Positions 33,239 to 43,178 of a DNA stretch of 64,000 nt are shown piece by piece. Both the position numbers and the translations under genes were made by a program. The notes beneath the pieces are model-generated. The model worked only from the letters and a program-made list of their open reading frames with translations. It searched no databases and was not told the origin of the DNA. The stretch is from a virus. The stretch is from IMG/VR virus record IMGVR_UViG_3300032242_001694; one strand, written 5' to 3'. Positions within the stretch are counted from its first letter, which is position 1. The number at the start of each line of letters is the position of its first letter.

Positions 33239-33423
33239 TATTGATTGTCCTCTTCGTAATCTGGCTCGCTACTTGGAAAGATAGACTGAGCAACTTCAAT
33301 CTTCTTCATATCAACAGCAGCTGTAAGCTTATCGGCAATAAGAGCGCTGAAGGCGTCTTCGAACTCTACTGGCTTCTGTGTTAAGGCAAAGTCAACTAAA
33401 TCTGATGCTGCATAGTTTTCCAT
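33238..33423 (-). CDS. small prohead core protein (gp67/68-like)
   Basis: short acidic ORF directly after portal. Confidence 0.7.
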   Translation of the reverse strand: MENYAASDLVDFALTQKPVEFEDAFSALIADKLTAAVDMKKIEVAQSIFPSSEPDYEEDNQ

Positions 33424-33435
33424 AATTTTCTCCAA

Positions 33436-35205
33436 TTATTTATTCTTAGCTACAATTTGAGTAGCTGATTTGTATCTAGCTTCGTCCTGCATCGAGCGAT
33501 TCTTCATCTTTTGGAAGTGCTGGACGTCTGCGAGGGCTTGGAACAGTCTGCTGGCTTTGTCGTCTGTAGCCGGAGTCTGGTCAGTATCTTGGTCATTGGC
33601 CAGAGGTTGAATCTGAGAGCCAGCCTGTGGCGGTGGAGCGGCTTCAGGCGCTGGTGGAGGTGCCGCAGCGGCAGCCGCCTGCTGCTGTTGTAAAGCTGCT
33701 TTCTGATCAGGGGTCATGTACTGCTCAATGCCCTGCTCGGCTTGGATCTCCATATCCAGCTCTTCCATCTCAGCGTCGCTTTGCTGGAGAACATTCTTTC
33801 TAACCCAAGCGTTCGAGTAGTAGCGGCCAACCTGATCCTGCATGAGGTTTCTAGCAAGGTTGACCCTGTTCTGCATAACTTCAGCGTCTTTAAGCTCGGT
33901 GAAGTAATTGTCTTTAGCGAAGTCAAACTTGATGTCTTGCTGGATATTATCCCAGTCTTCAATAGACATGATCTGCTTAAGGACCAGCTGCTTCTCCAGC
34001 ATTCTAGTGAATAGGATAGCAAACTTGTTGCGAAGCCTGATAACAAAGCGAGCAAACTTAAGCTCGTCTCTAGTTACTTCGGTTGCACGACCAAGCGAAA
34101 ACAGTGCATCTGAGTTAAGGCGATTGATAGGAACGTTAAGAGTTCCATAAAGCTTCTTCTGGAAATAGAGGACGTCGTCCATCTGACCAAGTGTCTGACC
34201 ACCGGGAAGCGTGGTAACTTCTGTACCGCGACCACCTTCACGACGAGGCAGCCAGTAGTCTTCAAGCATGGTTAAGAACTTGCGATCGTCGCGTACTTCA
34301 CCAGTCGAGCCGTCATAGATCAGGCGATTCTTATGCTTGACCATGATGTCGCGGAGGTACTGCTCAGCCTTCATCTTAGGAAGGTTGCCAACGTCGATAT
34401 ACCATACGCGGCGTTCTGGGGCACGAGCTAAGCGATAGATAACCAGAGCGTCTTCAAGGGTTCTCAGCTGGTTCAAAGCCTTGATAGCCTTGTGCATGTA
34501 GCCGAGAACCATGGTTCCCTGGGTGTCTGTTAAGCCTGATGTGACGTGGATGATTGAGTCGAGAGCAATCTTAAGACCAGAAGTCGCAGGACCGACGGTC
34601 TTGTTGCCGTAGTTGAATCCCTTGTCGTTAAAGACATAGTACTCGTTCTGAACTTTTTGAATTGAGACGTCGTGCAAGTCGTTTCCGGATCTTGCTTTTC
34701 TCTTGGTGATCTCGCGGATCTTTCTGATCTTACGCGGATCGATATACCTGATCTCTTTAATACCGGCTCTAGGATTGTTCTTATCAATCATAATATGGTA
34801 GTACAGGCGGCCATCGACGTACCAGCGGCGATAGATCTCATATGCATGTTTCTGGAAGTCTAAGATGTTAAGGCAGTTGGCAAACTCTTCGCGAATCATC
34901 TTCTTCAGATCTTCGCTGATCTTAACATTTTCTAAGTTGATGGAGACAATTGTCTTCTCATCAATAGAAAGAGTCTCATTAACAATTTCGTCAATAGCAG
35001 CGTCACACTCTGGCTGCAGTGACATCTCGCGATATTTAGTAACAAGCTCAGCTTCAGTTCTTACAGTCCCGTCAAGATCAACATAGGTACCAAACGAAGC
35101 ACCCGCTGCAACTACAACAGCCCCGTCTTCCTGCTCTTTAGGAGTGAATGACGGGATCTGATCTTGCTCTACTTTTCTTTCAAACTTGAAACCAAATAAT
35201 TCCAT
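33436..35205 (-). CDS. gp20: portal protein gp20
   Basis: WYVDGR, YIDPRKI, IYRLARAPERR, EDYWLPRREGGRGTE. Confidence 0.99.
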   Translation of the reverse strand: MELFGFKFERKVEQDQIPSFTPKEQEDGAVVVAAGASFGTYVDLDGTVRTEAELVTKYREMSLQPECDAAIDEIVNETLSIDEKTIVSINLENVKISEDLKKMIREEFANCLNILDFQKHAYEIYRRWYVDGRLYYHIMIDKNNPRAGIKEIRYIDPRKIRKIREITKRKARSGNDLHDVSIQKVQNEYYVFNDKGFNYGNKTVGPATSGLKIALDSIIHVTSGLTDTQGTMVLGYMHKAIKALNQLRTLEDALVIYRLARAPERRVWYIDVGNLPKMKAEQYLRDIMVKHKNRLIYDGSTGEVRDDRKFLTMLEDYWLPRREGGRGTEVTTLPGGQTLGQMDDVLYFQKKLYGTLNVPINRLNSDALFSLGRATEVTRDELKFARFVIRLRNKFAILFTRMLEKQLVLKQIMSIEDWDNIQQDIKFDFAKDNYFTELKDAEVMQNRVNLARNLMQDQVGRYYSNAWVRKNVLQQSDAEMEELDMEIQAEQGIEQYMTPDQKAALQQQQAAAAAAPPPAPEAAPPPQAGSQIQPLANDQDTDQTPATDDKASRLFQALADVQHFQKMKNRSMQDEARYKSATQIVAKNK

Positions 35206-35289
35206 TTAAGTACTCCAAAATGAGACGGGGCCTGTATTAAGAGAGCCCCTTCTCGAAATAATATATCAAGAGGCTACTGTATCTACTTA

Positions 35290-35886
35290 TTATGTAGATA
35301 CTGGTGTAGTAGCTTGTCCTGCGTAAGCGTTAATAGACTCGTTGGCTGGTAGCCAGTAATCGTAAGAGAACGTTACACCAAATGTTTCGATTTGGCTTGC
35401 TGAGTCCCAGTTTAGCGAGATTGCGTCAACTGATGTTGGGAAAGCTCCGATGATGTGATACTCGCGAATAGCGGTTCCATCTTTGCCGTACTGGATAACA
35501 CTTAGGTCAGTCTTGTATGAGTTCTCGTTGCCCGAGTAAGCCGCGTCGCGAATATTAGACTCTAAGCGATTAAGTGAGTTAGACCACTTCTCAAACATTG
35601 AGCGAACGAGAAAGTCTTCGTCGTTCATGATTGTTACTGACCAGTCTTGGAATGTTCTATCTCCAGCAACATTGATCTTACGACCAAAGTAACCAACTGG
35701 GATTGAAGCTATAGATGCTGCCGGCAGCTGAGCCGCCGAGCAGGTGAATCTGAACTTGTCAGCAGACGATTGGTCTGCACCGACGCCGTCAGGCACTCTG
35801 AGGAAAACCTCAAAGAGTGCTGGACGGGCGCCGCCTAATGTCAGACCTCTTGATTTGAAGGTGCTGATATTGAATCCTGAAGCCAT
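35290..35886 (-). CDS. gp19: tail tube protein gp19
   Basis: GGARP.LFEV, GRKINVAGDRTF.DW, NDEDF. Confidence 0.96.
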   Translation of the reverse strand: MASGFNISTFKSRGLTLGGARPALFEVFLRVPDGVGADQSSADKFRFTCSAAQLPAASIASIPVGYFGRKINVAGDRTFQDWSVTIMNDEDFLVRSMFEKWSNSLNRLESNIRDAAYSGNENSYKTDLSVIQYGKDGTAIREYHIIGAFPTSVDAISLNWDSASQIETFGVTFSYDYWLPANESINAYAGQATTPVST

Positions 35887-35917
35887 TATTATTACTCCTT
35901 GCTGCTCTTCTTATTTA

Positions 35918-38038
35918 TTAGAATTTACCAACGACTTCAGAGAACTGAACGCCGGTTCTAACAGCTACGAAGTTTAGCTGAATATAGTTGATCGAGCGAG
36001 CAGGTTTGATGTAGATGTCTCCAACAAATCTGTTTCCGTCGATAACTTCGGCCGTGTTGTTAGTTCCGTCGCAGACAACTAGGAAGTCTGTGATACCACG
36101 GCGACCCTGAATGTCTCTTAGGTATGGATTAACAAGTGCCTTGAACTGCGCTCTTGTGAAGTCATCGTTGAACTCGAAGAGGAAGAACTTAGCAGCAGTT
36201 GCAATTGCTTTCTCTAGGACGATGAATAGACGACGAACGTTGATATGGTCGAATGCTGATGGCTTGGTCTGACATGTCTTGTCGCCGAATAGTACAGTTC
36301 CCTGTCCTGGGAATGTAACTACTGGGTTTACTCCGTTGGAGTACATCAGGTCGCGATCAGCTTTAGCTGGGTTGAAGCGAACTTTAACTAGGTTCTTAAT
36401 CTGACCACGGTTGAAGCCTGCTGGTGACCACCATGGATCACGTGTGTTGTCGGTTCTTACACAGAGACCAGCAACGTCGCCGTTCATTGGGATCCAGCGA
36501 TAGACGTCGTTGTAGCGATCGTACTGGTACTTATAGCCAGAATCCAACACGGCATATGAGCTGTCGTGGATTGCGCCGCGCCAGTTAACAATAGCAGTTG
36601 ACTCAGTACCCATGTTTGCTTTAACGAGCGTATCTGGTGGAGAGATAAGAGCGATACAGTCTTTTCTTGTCTCACAGATATTGTCGATAATGTAGTTGGC
36701 TAGGTTAAAGTCTTCAACAGTCGTACCATTTACAGCAGTGGTACCTTGACCACCAGGCTTGCCCTGCATCACGAGTGATACGTCTACATTTTCTGCCGAG
36801 GCAAACATGTCGTAGCCGCTTGCAAGAATATTCAATGGAGCATTTGCTTCGCTGTAACCGTCAGTTCCGTATGCAAAGTTTGCAGAGTATGGAACGCTGT
36901 TTGAAGAGTCTGTCAAGCTAGCAGCGATGTTTGAAAGTGCAGACGAGCGATCATGCGCCCACCAAACATACTTAGATGACTCGTTAATCACGCGAGCATA
37001 GTAGTTTGAAGCTCCACCAGTGGTTGCTGCATCAGTTGCTCTTGATAGACCTTGGAAAGTCTCAAGTACTGTGCCTGGAGTGCCGGTGAAGACACCGCCG
37101 TTGTCGATAACAACTACGTGGATTTGGTCAACTACGTCGGTGCCGTAAGCTGTCTGGTAGTCTGACTTTACAGGTGCCTGACCAACAACGGTTGAGTACT
37201 GCCATCTGCGAATTAAGTTAGTGTTAACTGTACTGTTAGCGGTGAATGTCGATGAGAGCTTGTAGTTGCCGGTGAAGTTGATAACAACGTTAGCAACAGT
37301 TGAGTTACTGAAGTTCTGAACGTTAGCGATCTGCATAAGCTGCTGGCCAATGGCGGTGTTACCCATAAGAATAAGGTCGCCGGTTGTGAAGCTTGAAGCG
37401 ATTGTAGTAGCCAGAGTATTAGCCTGCTGAGCGGTACCGCCAACAAACGCGATGTTAGCCTGTGCTTGCCCGAAATCAATCGTTAGCTGAGCGTTAGCAG
37501 TCGCGCTTGTCATAAGCACTGTTGAGATGTATGCGTTTGGAGTATCGCAAACAGAGATTCTGAGTGAGTTACCATAAGCTCCAGCATACTTAGCTACCCA
37601 GCTAACGTTAGCGTCGATAGAACTTGTTAAGCCGCCAGTTGACGTATTGGTAACAACTGTGTTGTTGTATGTAATGTGGTTCTTGATTGCAATGTAGTTG
37701 TTTGCAGGTCCACCACTACGGGCACCGTCGTTGTTAACCCAAGAGTTATGAGCAGACTGTAGATTATTCGATGACGTGGTATTCGCAGCGCGAACGACGT
37801 AAAGGCTATTTCCATAGCTTAAGAAGTTAGCAGCGGTGAAGAACGTTTCTGCGTTGTTTGATGTTGGCGTTCCAAACTGTGCGACAAGTTTGTTCTCTGT
37901 GTCTACCAGAATACGCTCGCCGATCGGACCCCAAGGAAAGATACCCGCGATAGCACCGGTTGATGTTGCTACTGCCGGAACAATTCCTGTTAGATCGATC
38001 TCGGTAACGTTTACGCCTGGACTAAGCTGAAAAGGCAT
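35918..38038 (-). CDS. gp18: tail sheath protein gp18
   Basis: SPGVNVTEID, WWSPAGFNRG, INVRRLF, IYIKPARSINYI. Confidence 0.98.
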   Translation of the reverse strand: MPFQLSPGVNVTEIDLTGIVPAVATSTGAIAGIFPWGPIGERILVDTENKLVAQFGTPTSNNAETFFTAANFLSYGNSLYVVRAANTTSSNNLQSAHNSWVNNDGARSGGPANNYIAIKNHITYNNTVVTNTSTGGLTSSIDANVSWVAKYAGAYGNSLRISVCDTPNAYISTVLMTSATANAQLTIDFGQAQANIAFVGGTAQQANTLATTIASSFTTGDLILMGNTAIGQQLMQIANVQNFSNSTVANVVINFTGNYKLSSTFTANSTVNTNLIRRWQYSTVVGQAPVKSDYQTAYGTDVVDQIHVVVIDNGGVFTGTPGTVLETFQGLSRATDAATTGGASNYYARVINESSKYVWWAHDRSSALSNIAASLTDSSNSVPYSANFAYGTDGYSEANAPLNILASGYDMFASAENVDVSLVMQGKPGGQGTTAVNGTTVEDFNLANYIIDNICETRKDCIALISPPDTLVKANMGTESTAIVNWRGAIHDSSYAVLDSGYKYQYDRYNDVYRWIPMNGDVAGLCVRTDNTRDPWWSPAGFNRGQIKNLVKVRFNPAKADRDLMYSNGVNPVVTFPGQGTVLFGDKTCQTKPSAFDHINVRRLFIVLEKAIATAAKFFLFEFNDDFTRAQFKALVNPYLRDIQGRRGITDFLVVCDGTNNTAEVIDGNRFVGDIYIKPARSINYIQLNFVAVRTGVQFSEVVGKF

Positions 38039-38082
38039 TTTTGATCTCCTCCCAATGGAAATAGGCTAATATTTATTTGTTA

Positions 38083-38090
38083 TATTTATA
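38083..38090 (-). promoter_or_regulatory. T4-type late promoter for gp18
   Basis: TATAAATA overlapping gp17 stop. Confidence 0.7.
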
Positions 38091-39729
38091 AGAATCGGTT
38101 TTCGTCGCTCTCTTCTCTCATTAGCCAATTAGTCCCAGTGAGTTCAAGTTCTTCCGCTAGGTCGTCACTTCCATCAAAAATAAATCCAAATGGGCTAAGA
38201 TCGTTCATGACATCGTCATCGGTCTTTTCCCTGAGCTTCATAAGGGTATTTATGTCGGTAATTTCTTTGAAGTATTGCTGATCGGTTAGCCAGCCAAATA
38301 GAACCAGACCCATCACCATATCGTCGTGATTGCCCGGCTCTGCTTCGTAGCTATTAGCTTTCTTAGAGAAAGTACCAAGTTCTGTAATAGTATTCATGTC
38401 ATTGATGATTAGCTGGTTCTGCTCTACTAAGAGTTTAAGAATAGAGCATCCAACAGACTTAACGGTCTTGGTGGTCCTAACACCTATGTCAACGCCTTTG
38501 CTGAATCCTGTAGTGATTCTCTTACCACCTCGACCAGCATGCTCGGTAAACAATACGTTGTCGTACTCATAGTCATTGTGCAGTCCATAGCTGACTTGCT
38601 CGCCAAGGTCATTGATTTCAACTAGAGCTGCTGCTTTATTATAGCTTCTAAAGACTCTATTGACTATCTCGGCAAAGTCCATAGGAGTGATAAAGTTGTT
38701 TCTATAAGTGCACACCTGCTTATAAGGCATCTGAGATACGTCTACTATGCTGAAAGCTGAGTAGTCAAGACCTTTACCTCTGGATACGTCAACCATTCCA
38801 ACATAGACATGATCTTTTTCTGGAGCAACATACATAAACAGACCATCTTTCTCAAAGACAGGTGTCTGATGTACCAGTTCTTTAAGCTTCCAGCCAGCAA
38901 TAAGAGTGCCGGACGAACCCATGAACTCAACGCAGTACTCTTGCTCGAACTTCTCAACGTCAAAGTTCATTGCTTGCAGAGTGTCAAGTCTCCACTTCTC
39001 GTCTCGGCCTGGAACTTGGTTCCACATGACTTTAAGCGCGTTGTACCCGTTCCTATCTTCATTGGCATTCTGCCATATCTTATAGAAGTGGTTGAGACCG
39101 TTTGGAGTAGAGACTAAGATGATCTTAGAATCTTTACCAGAAGAGATGGTAGGATAAACCGCGGTGAAGAACTCATCCCAGTTATCAATGAAGGCCGCTT
39201 CGTCGATGAAGACTAAGTTGATAGAGTAACCGCGGATGGCGTCAGATGAAGTTGCAGAAGCTAAAACTCTTGAGTCGTTCTCAAGAACGAACGAGCCCTT
39301 GTTCCATTCCTTGACGCCCTGTTGGAGCCACTTGGGTAGGTGCTGGTAAGCGAGCTGGATACGACCAAGAATTTCTCGAGCAGTATCGCCTTTGTTGGCA
39401 AGCAGCGCAACTGTCTTCTCGGCATGAAAGATGATGTACCACAGAATGAACGCGCAGGTTGTAGTTGACTTACCTGCCTGACGGGCCGTGGCGATAACCG
39501 TGTTGCGGTTATCCTGCATCGACTTAAGCATCTCTTTCTGATAGTCGTAGAGCTTAAAGTTGATTAGACCTTCATCGATGCTGATGATCTTCATGTATGT
39601 CTCAGTGAAGTAGACTGGATCCGCAGCACACTTTAAGTACTCAGATATCTGCTCTTCACTAAAGCCAATGTTTTGGTTAGCCCTCTTGATGAGGGCATTA
39701 CCCTTATACCCTTGGATCAGGTCTTCCAT
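38086..39729 (-). CDS. gp17: terminase large subunit gp17
   Basis: RQAGKST, FIDEAAF, STPNG, DVSRG, HDDMVM. Confidence 0.98.
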   Translation of the reverse strand: MEDLIQGYKGNALIKRANQNIGFSEEQISEYLKCAADPVYFTETYMKIISIDEGLINFKLYDYQKEMLKSMQDNRNTVIATARQAGKSTTTCAFILWYIIFHAEKTVALLANKGDTAREILGRIQLAYQHLPKWLQQGVKEWNKGSFVLENDSRVLASATSSDAIRGYSINLVFIDEAAFIDNWDEFFTAVYPTISSGKDSKIILVSTPNGLNHFYKIWQNANEDRNGYNALKVMWNQVPGRDEKWRLDTLQAMNFDVEKFEQEYCVEFMGSSGTLIAGWKLKELVHQTPVFEKDGLFMYVAPEKDHVYVGMVDVSRGKGLDYSAFSIVDVSQMPYKQVCTYRNNFITPMDFAEIVNRVFRSYNKAAALVEINDLGEQVSYGLHNDYEYDNVLFTEHAGRGGKRITTGFSKGVDIGVRTTKTVKSVGCSILKLLVEQNQLIINDMNTITELGTFSKKANSYEAEPGNHDDMVMGLVLFGWLTDQQYFKEITDINTLMKLREKTDDDVMNDLSPFGFIFDGSDDLAEELELTGTNWLMREESDENRFL

Positions 39730-40138
39730 TTTTCATATTCTCTATCATTTTCTGCAACTCTGCAGTAGTTCCCACAAACAAGTTATTAGTAACCTGCTTT
39801 GCATTCTCGTTATGAGGCTCGTCCGCAACTTGAATCTCACGAATCTTCTTCTGCAGCTCAAGCAGGTCTTTGTTTGCGTCTAACTGCACCTTCATCAAAG
39901 TAGCTAGAACTTCAAAAGCTCTGGGGTGCTGGCTCTGGTCAGCGATCTCTGATAGTCTTCCGATGGCGTGAGAGCCATTCTGGATTACTTCATGGATGTT
40001 AGACCTAGCCATGTTAAAGTCAGTCATCGCGCTGTCGTCGTGCGCCGTGGCTACTATAGCCTTAACCGCATCGCTCGTTTCTATCGGTGCTAGATTAAGT
40101 GCACTGGCCAGATGATCATTATTAGAAGACTGTGTCAT
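39704..40138 (-). CDS. gp16: terminase small subunit gp16
   Basis: HPRAFEV, NNLFVGTTAELQK. Confidence 0.95.
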   Translation of the reverse strand: MTQSSNNDHLASALNLAPIETSDAVKAIVATAHDDSAMTDFNMARSNIHEVIQNGSHAIGRLSEIADQSQHPRAFEVLATLMKVQLDANKDLLELQKKIREIQVADEPHNENAKQVTNNLFVGTTAELQKMIENMKNGRPDPRV

Positions 40139-40962
40139 GTTGTAAGAACCACTGTATTTTCTACATATCCAAAGTCGCTTGTCGCCGTGATCAAGTTTGG
40201 ATCGATAGACTGTGAACCATTTGCGGTTGGTAGACCGTTGGCTGTAAGACCTGGTCTTACTGCGTAGTACATCGTTGGATCTGTATTTCCCACGCCAGAA
40301 ATAAGACTGCCCGATGGGGTGTAGTAGACTGTATTTGCGAACTTGATAATTGCGCCTCTCTTGATTGGTCCATACAGATAACCTTTGAGCGTGAAGTCAA
40401 GTGTCCAAGTAAGAGATCTTCTCTCTTTGAAAGAGCCATCATAGGTATCTTCTTGTGAGATCCTGTCAAGTATAACTGGAATCTCAAGAGTGATGTCCAT
40501 CTCAGGGATGATCTGAACAGTGGTGGTCCAGTCAGGAGTAAAGTACGGTAGGATCTGCTCGATGATCTTCGTGCCGTCTTCAGAGTTTTTAACCATAACG
40601 TGAAGCCTGAAGCCTAAGTTATATGCTACAGGAGCATACTGATACTTCATCTTGTTTGCATCAGTATCTGACACCACATTTCTTCTAATAGTATTTAGCT
40701 TACGATTAGCGTCATACGAGATGTTGGTCATCTCAAAAGACATAACCGGCAGAGTCGGTGTCGCTGTTTGGCGGTCAATGTTTGGATCTGCCAAGACTCT
40801 CGCAAGCATCTTTTCTTTTGGACCATAGGAGATTGGAACTTTGATAAGCGAGGTAACGTCGCCGGCTGAGTCAGTTCTCTCAATTAGAATATCATCAAAG
40901 AGAGTTCCAAAAAGAGTAACGTACTTTCTTATAGTACCAAAGTAGAATGTTTGGCGAAACAT
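40135..40962 (-). CDS. gp15: tail sheath stabiliser gp15
   Basis: FGTLF, KVPISYGPKEK, IIEQILPYFTP. Confidence 0.95.
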   Translation of the reverse strand: MFRQTFYFGTIRKYVTLFGTLFDDILIERTDSAGDVTSLIKVPISYGPKEKMLARVLADPNIDRQTATPTLPVMSFEMTNISYDANRKLNTIRRNVVSDTDANKMKYQYAPVAYNLGFRLHVMVKNSEDGTKIIEQILPYFTPDWTTTVQIIPEMDITLEIPVILDRISQEDTYDGSFKERRSLTWTLDFTLKGYLYGPIKRGAIIKFANTVYYTPSGSLISGVGNTDPTMYYAVRPGLTANGLPTANGSQSIDPNLITATSDFGYVENTVVLTT

Positions 40963-41705
40963 TAGACAACTCCCTCACTGAATGGATCTCTAGCAGAGAA
41001 GTCGATGAAGCTGTCTGAACCGGACGGGAAGTTCTCATTCCCTTCTTTAAGAGTCTCGTTCTGAGCACCGGCAACGATTTCTTCTAAGTCGTAGCCTTCC
41101 ATAACGATATAGTTATCGTCTTCATCTACGAGATAGTTACCCTGCTCGTCTCTAATTGACCAGTCAAGAATGTTAGACGAGTACTTAACCTGAATAGCGT
41201 CGATTTCTGGTATGCCAGTATTGAATACCTCGTTTGAGTACTCAAACAGCTCACAGGTCATCTCCCAAGTCTGGAGAGCTCCGAGCTGATAGAACATCTC
41301 GAACTTATTAACGTACTTGATCTGGAAGCACTTGTTATTGAGAGGGAAGAAGATTAAGTCTCCTTCCCTTGGTCTTGTTAGCGCTGTGTATGCGCCGATC
41401 TCTTGGTTAAAGACTTTCTGTGCTATTGAGAACACAACTTGGTCCCTGATCTCAAGACCAAACTTGGACATGAAGTTACCGTCGCCGCTGAATCCATCGA
41501 CAGACTTGATATAGATCTCTACCATGTAGGGATTGGTGTACGACGACTGGTCGTCTGCAGTAAGTAGGTGGTCGAAGTTATTAAGATTTCTCGGAACATA
41601 GAACATGTTCTCGCCATAGATCCTAATCGACTCAACGATTAAGTTCTCAAGAAGCTGCTGCTCTTGACTGGATCTAAAGTTATTGAAGAAGAAATTAGTT
41701 GCCAT
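40962..41705 (-). CDS. gp14: neck protein gp14
   Basis: EQ.L.E.L..ESI, SKFGLEIRD, RPREGDLIFFP, FYQLG. Confidence 0.95.
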   Translation of the reverse strand: MATNFFFNNFRSSQEQQLLENLIVESIRIYGENMFYVPRNLNNFDHLLTADDQSSYTNPYMVEIYIKSVDGFSGDGNFMSKFGLEIRDQVVFSIAQKVFNQEIGAYTALTRPREGDLIFFPLNNKCFQIKYVNKFEMFYQLGALQTWEMTCELFEYSNEVFNTGIPEIDAIQVKYSSNILDWSIRDEQGNYLVDEDDNYIVMEGYDLEEIVAGAQNETLKEGNENFPSGSDSFIDFSARDPFSEGVV

Positions 41706-41708
41706 CAA

Positions 41709-42692
41709 TTATCCAATCATGTCGGCAGCTGGTAGCGAGTAACTAAAGATCATTTCTTTCTCAAGCTCTCTCTTTTCTTGCACAGCCTCGTCATAGATTC
41801 TTTGACCGTTAAATGTCAAGCCTCCAGGCATCTTCATCCCGTCAAACTTCTTGAGGTTCTGACCCCACTGCTCTTTGATCAAGCACTCTGCGTATCTTGC
41901 AAGCCAGCGATCTGCCCAAGCTCTGGTAAACGTATCTGGGTCGATGACCGAGTAAGCCTCAAGAACGATGTAGTCTCCTGGATTAAGGATGTTCCAGTTC
42001 GTGTCGATATAAGCTCTATTCATGTGTCGGTTGTAGCGGATCGGCTGCTGACCAACCAGCATCTGCTCCAAGAACTGTACGTGGTTAAGTGCCATGTAGT
42101 ATGGAACCATCGAGACAGAAGTAAGAGTGTATAAGTCGTTTAAGGCGATCTGGTATCTAATATTGAACAGGTTGTTGGTGTTAAGAGACTGTCCAATAGG
42201 GAACATGTTCACCACGCCAATGATGTTATCAGGCAGCGGGATGTAACCGCCCTTATAGGCTATAAGCTTGGCTCCTGAGCCGGTACTGGTGGTGATAGTC
42301 ACGGTTGGGTCTAGTCTATAGTACTGTCCATTGTTCGTGATATTGATACTGGTGATAGTGCCGTTAGTGTCAGTAGTTAGTGTAGCAGTAGCGCCTGTTC
42401 CCTGTGCATCACCGGTGGCTCTAGTAATGGTTACGCTATCGCTGTTTGAGTAGCCAACCCCGCCGCTTACTACTTTTATCTCTGAGACCCTGTCTGGAAA
42501 GTTTGCAGCTGACACTGTATAGCGATAGTACTGCTTGTCCGAGCCGTCGAAGTGGTAGTCCCAGTAGTAACGCAGGGCTTCATCTACGCGATCGTCTACC
42601 TGATCGTCGTCTACGTTGATCTCAATAACCGGCTTACCCAGCTTGCGCAGGCAGTATTCCTTGAACTCTGTTCTTGTTGCTGGTAATGCCAT
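41709..42692 (-). CDS. gp13: neck protein gp13
   Basis: YCLRKLGKPVIEINVDDDQ, QWGQNLKKF. Confidence 0.95.
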   Translation of the reverse strand: MALPATRTEFKEYCLRKLGKPVIEINVDDDQVDDRVDEALRYYWDYHFDGSDKQYYRYTVSAANFPDRVSEIKVVSGGVGYSNSDSVTITRATGDAQGTGATATLTTDTNGTITSINITNNGQYYRLDPTVTITTSTGSGAKLIAYKGGYIPLPDNIIGVVNMFPIGQSLNTNNLFNIRYQIALNDLYTLTSVSMVPYYMALNHVQFLEQMLVGQQPIRYNRHMNRAYIDTNWNILNPGDYIVLEAYSVIDPDTFTRAWADRWLARYAECLIKEQWGQNLKKFDGMKMPGGLTFNGQRIYDEAVQEKRELEKEMIFSYSLPAADMIG

Positions 42693-42717
42693 CTAACTAG
42701 TAACCTCTTTTTTATAT

Positions 42718-43170
42718 TTACATCTTTACTAGACTAGTAATTCCAACTGTTTTTTCTTCAAAGCAATCGCATCCCGGACACATGATCTTAGTCGTATCTA
42801 CAAGTCTCTCGTATTGTTTTCTATTCTCTTCGGTCCACTCAAAAGCTCCATAAGGACTATTGTCACCCGTATAGACATCGGTGACGTTGCCGTCTAGATC
42901 TCTTAAAGCAAAGATACAATAGTAGAAAGTATCGTCTTCAAGAGCGGTGAACTTATGGTACAACTCTTTCTTGATGGTCAAGAAAGTTGGAGCAGTGAAT
43001 ACTTTTGGCTCGTATCCCTCAACTTCACACTTAACAGATCCCTTAGCAAGCATAGTTATATGGTCAAAGTTATGCCTGTGACCGTCGTGGTGGTCGCCAG
43101 CTTTTTCATAGTAGTGTTGGCGGATCCAGATATTTCCAAAGTAACCTAGCTCTGTGGGTTTAGACTTCAT
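42718..43170 (-). CDS. cupin-fold protein
   Basis: GHRHNFDH...L..GSV...H.F.ALED. Confidence 0.7.
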   Translation of the reverse strand: MKSKPTELGYFGNIWIRQHYYEKAGDHHDGHRHNFDHITMLAKGSVKCEVEGYEPKVFTAPTFLTIKKELYHKFTALEDDTFYYCIFALRDLDGNVTDVYTGDNSPYGAFEWTEENRKQYERLVDTTKIMCPGCDCFEEKTVGITSLVKM

Positions 43171-43178
43171 AGTAACTC

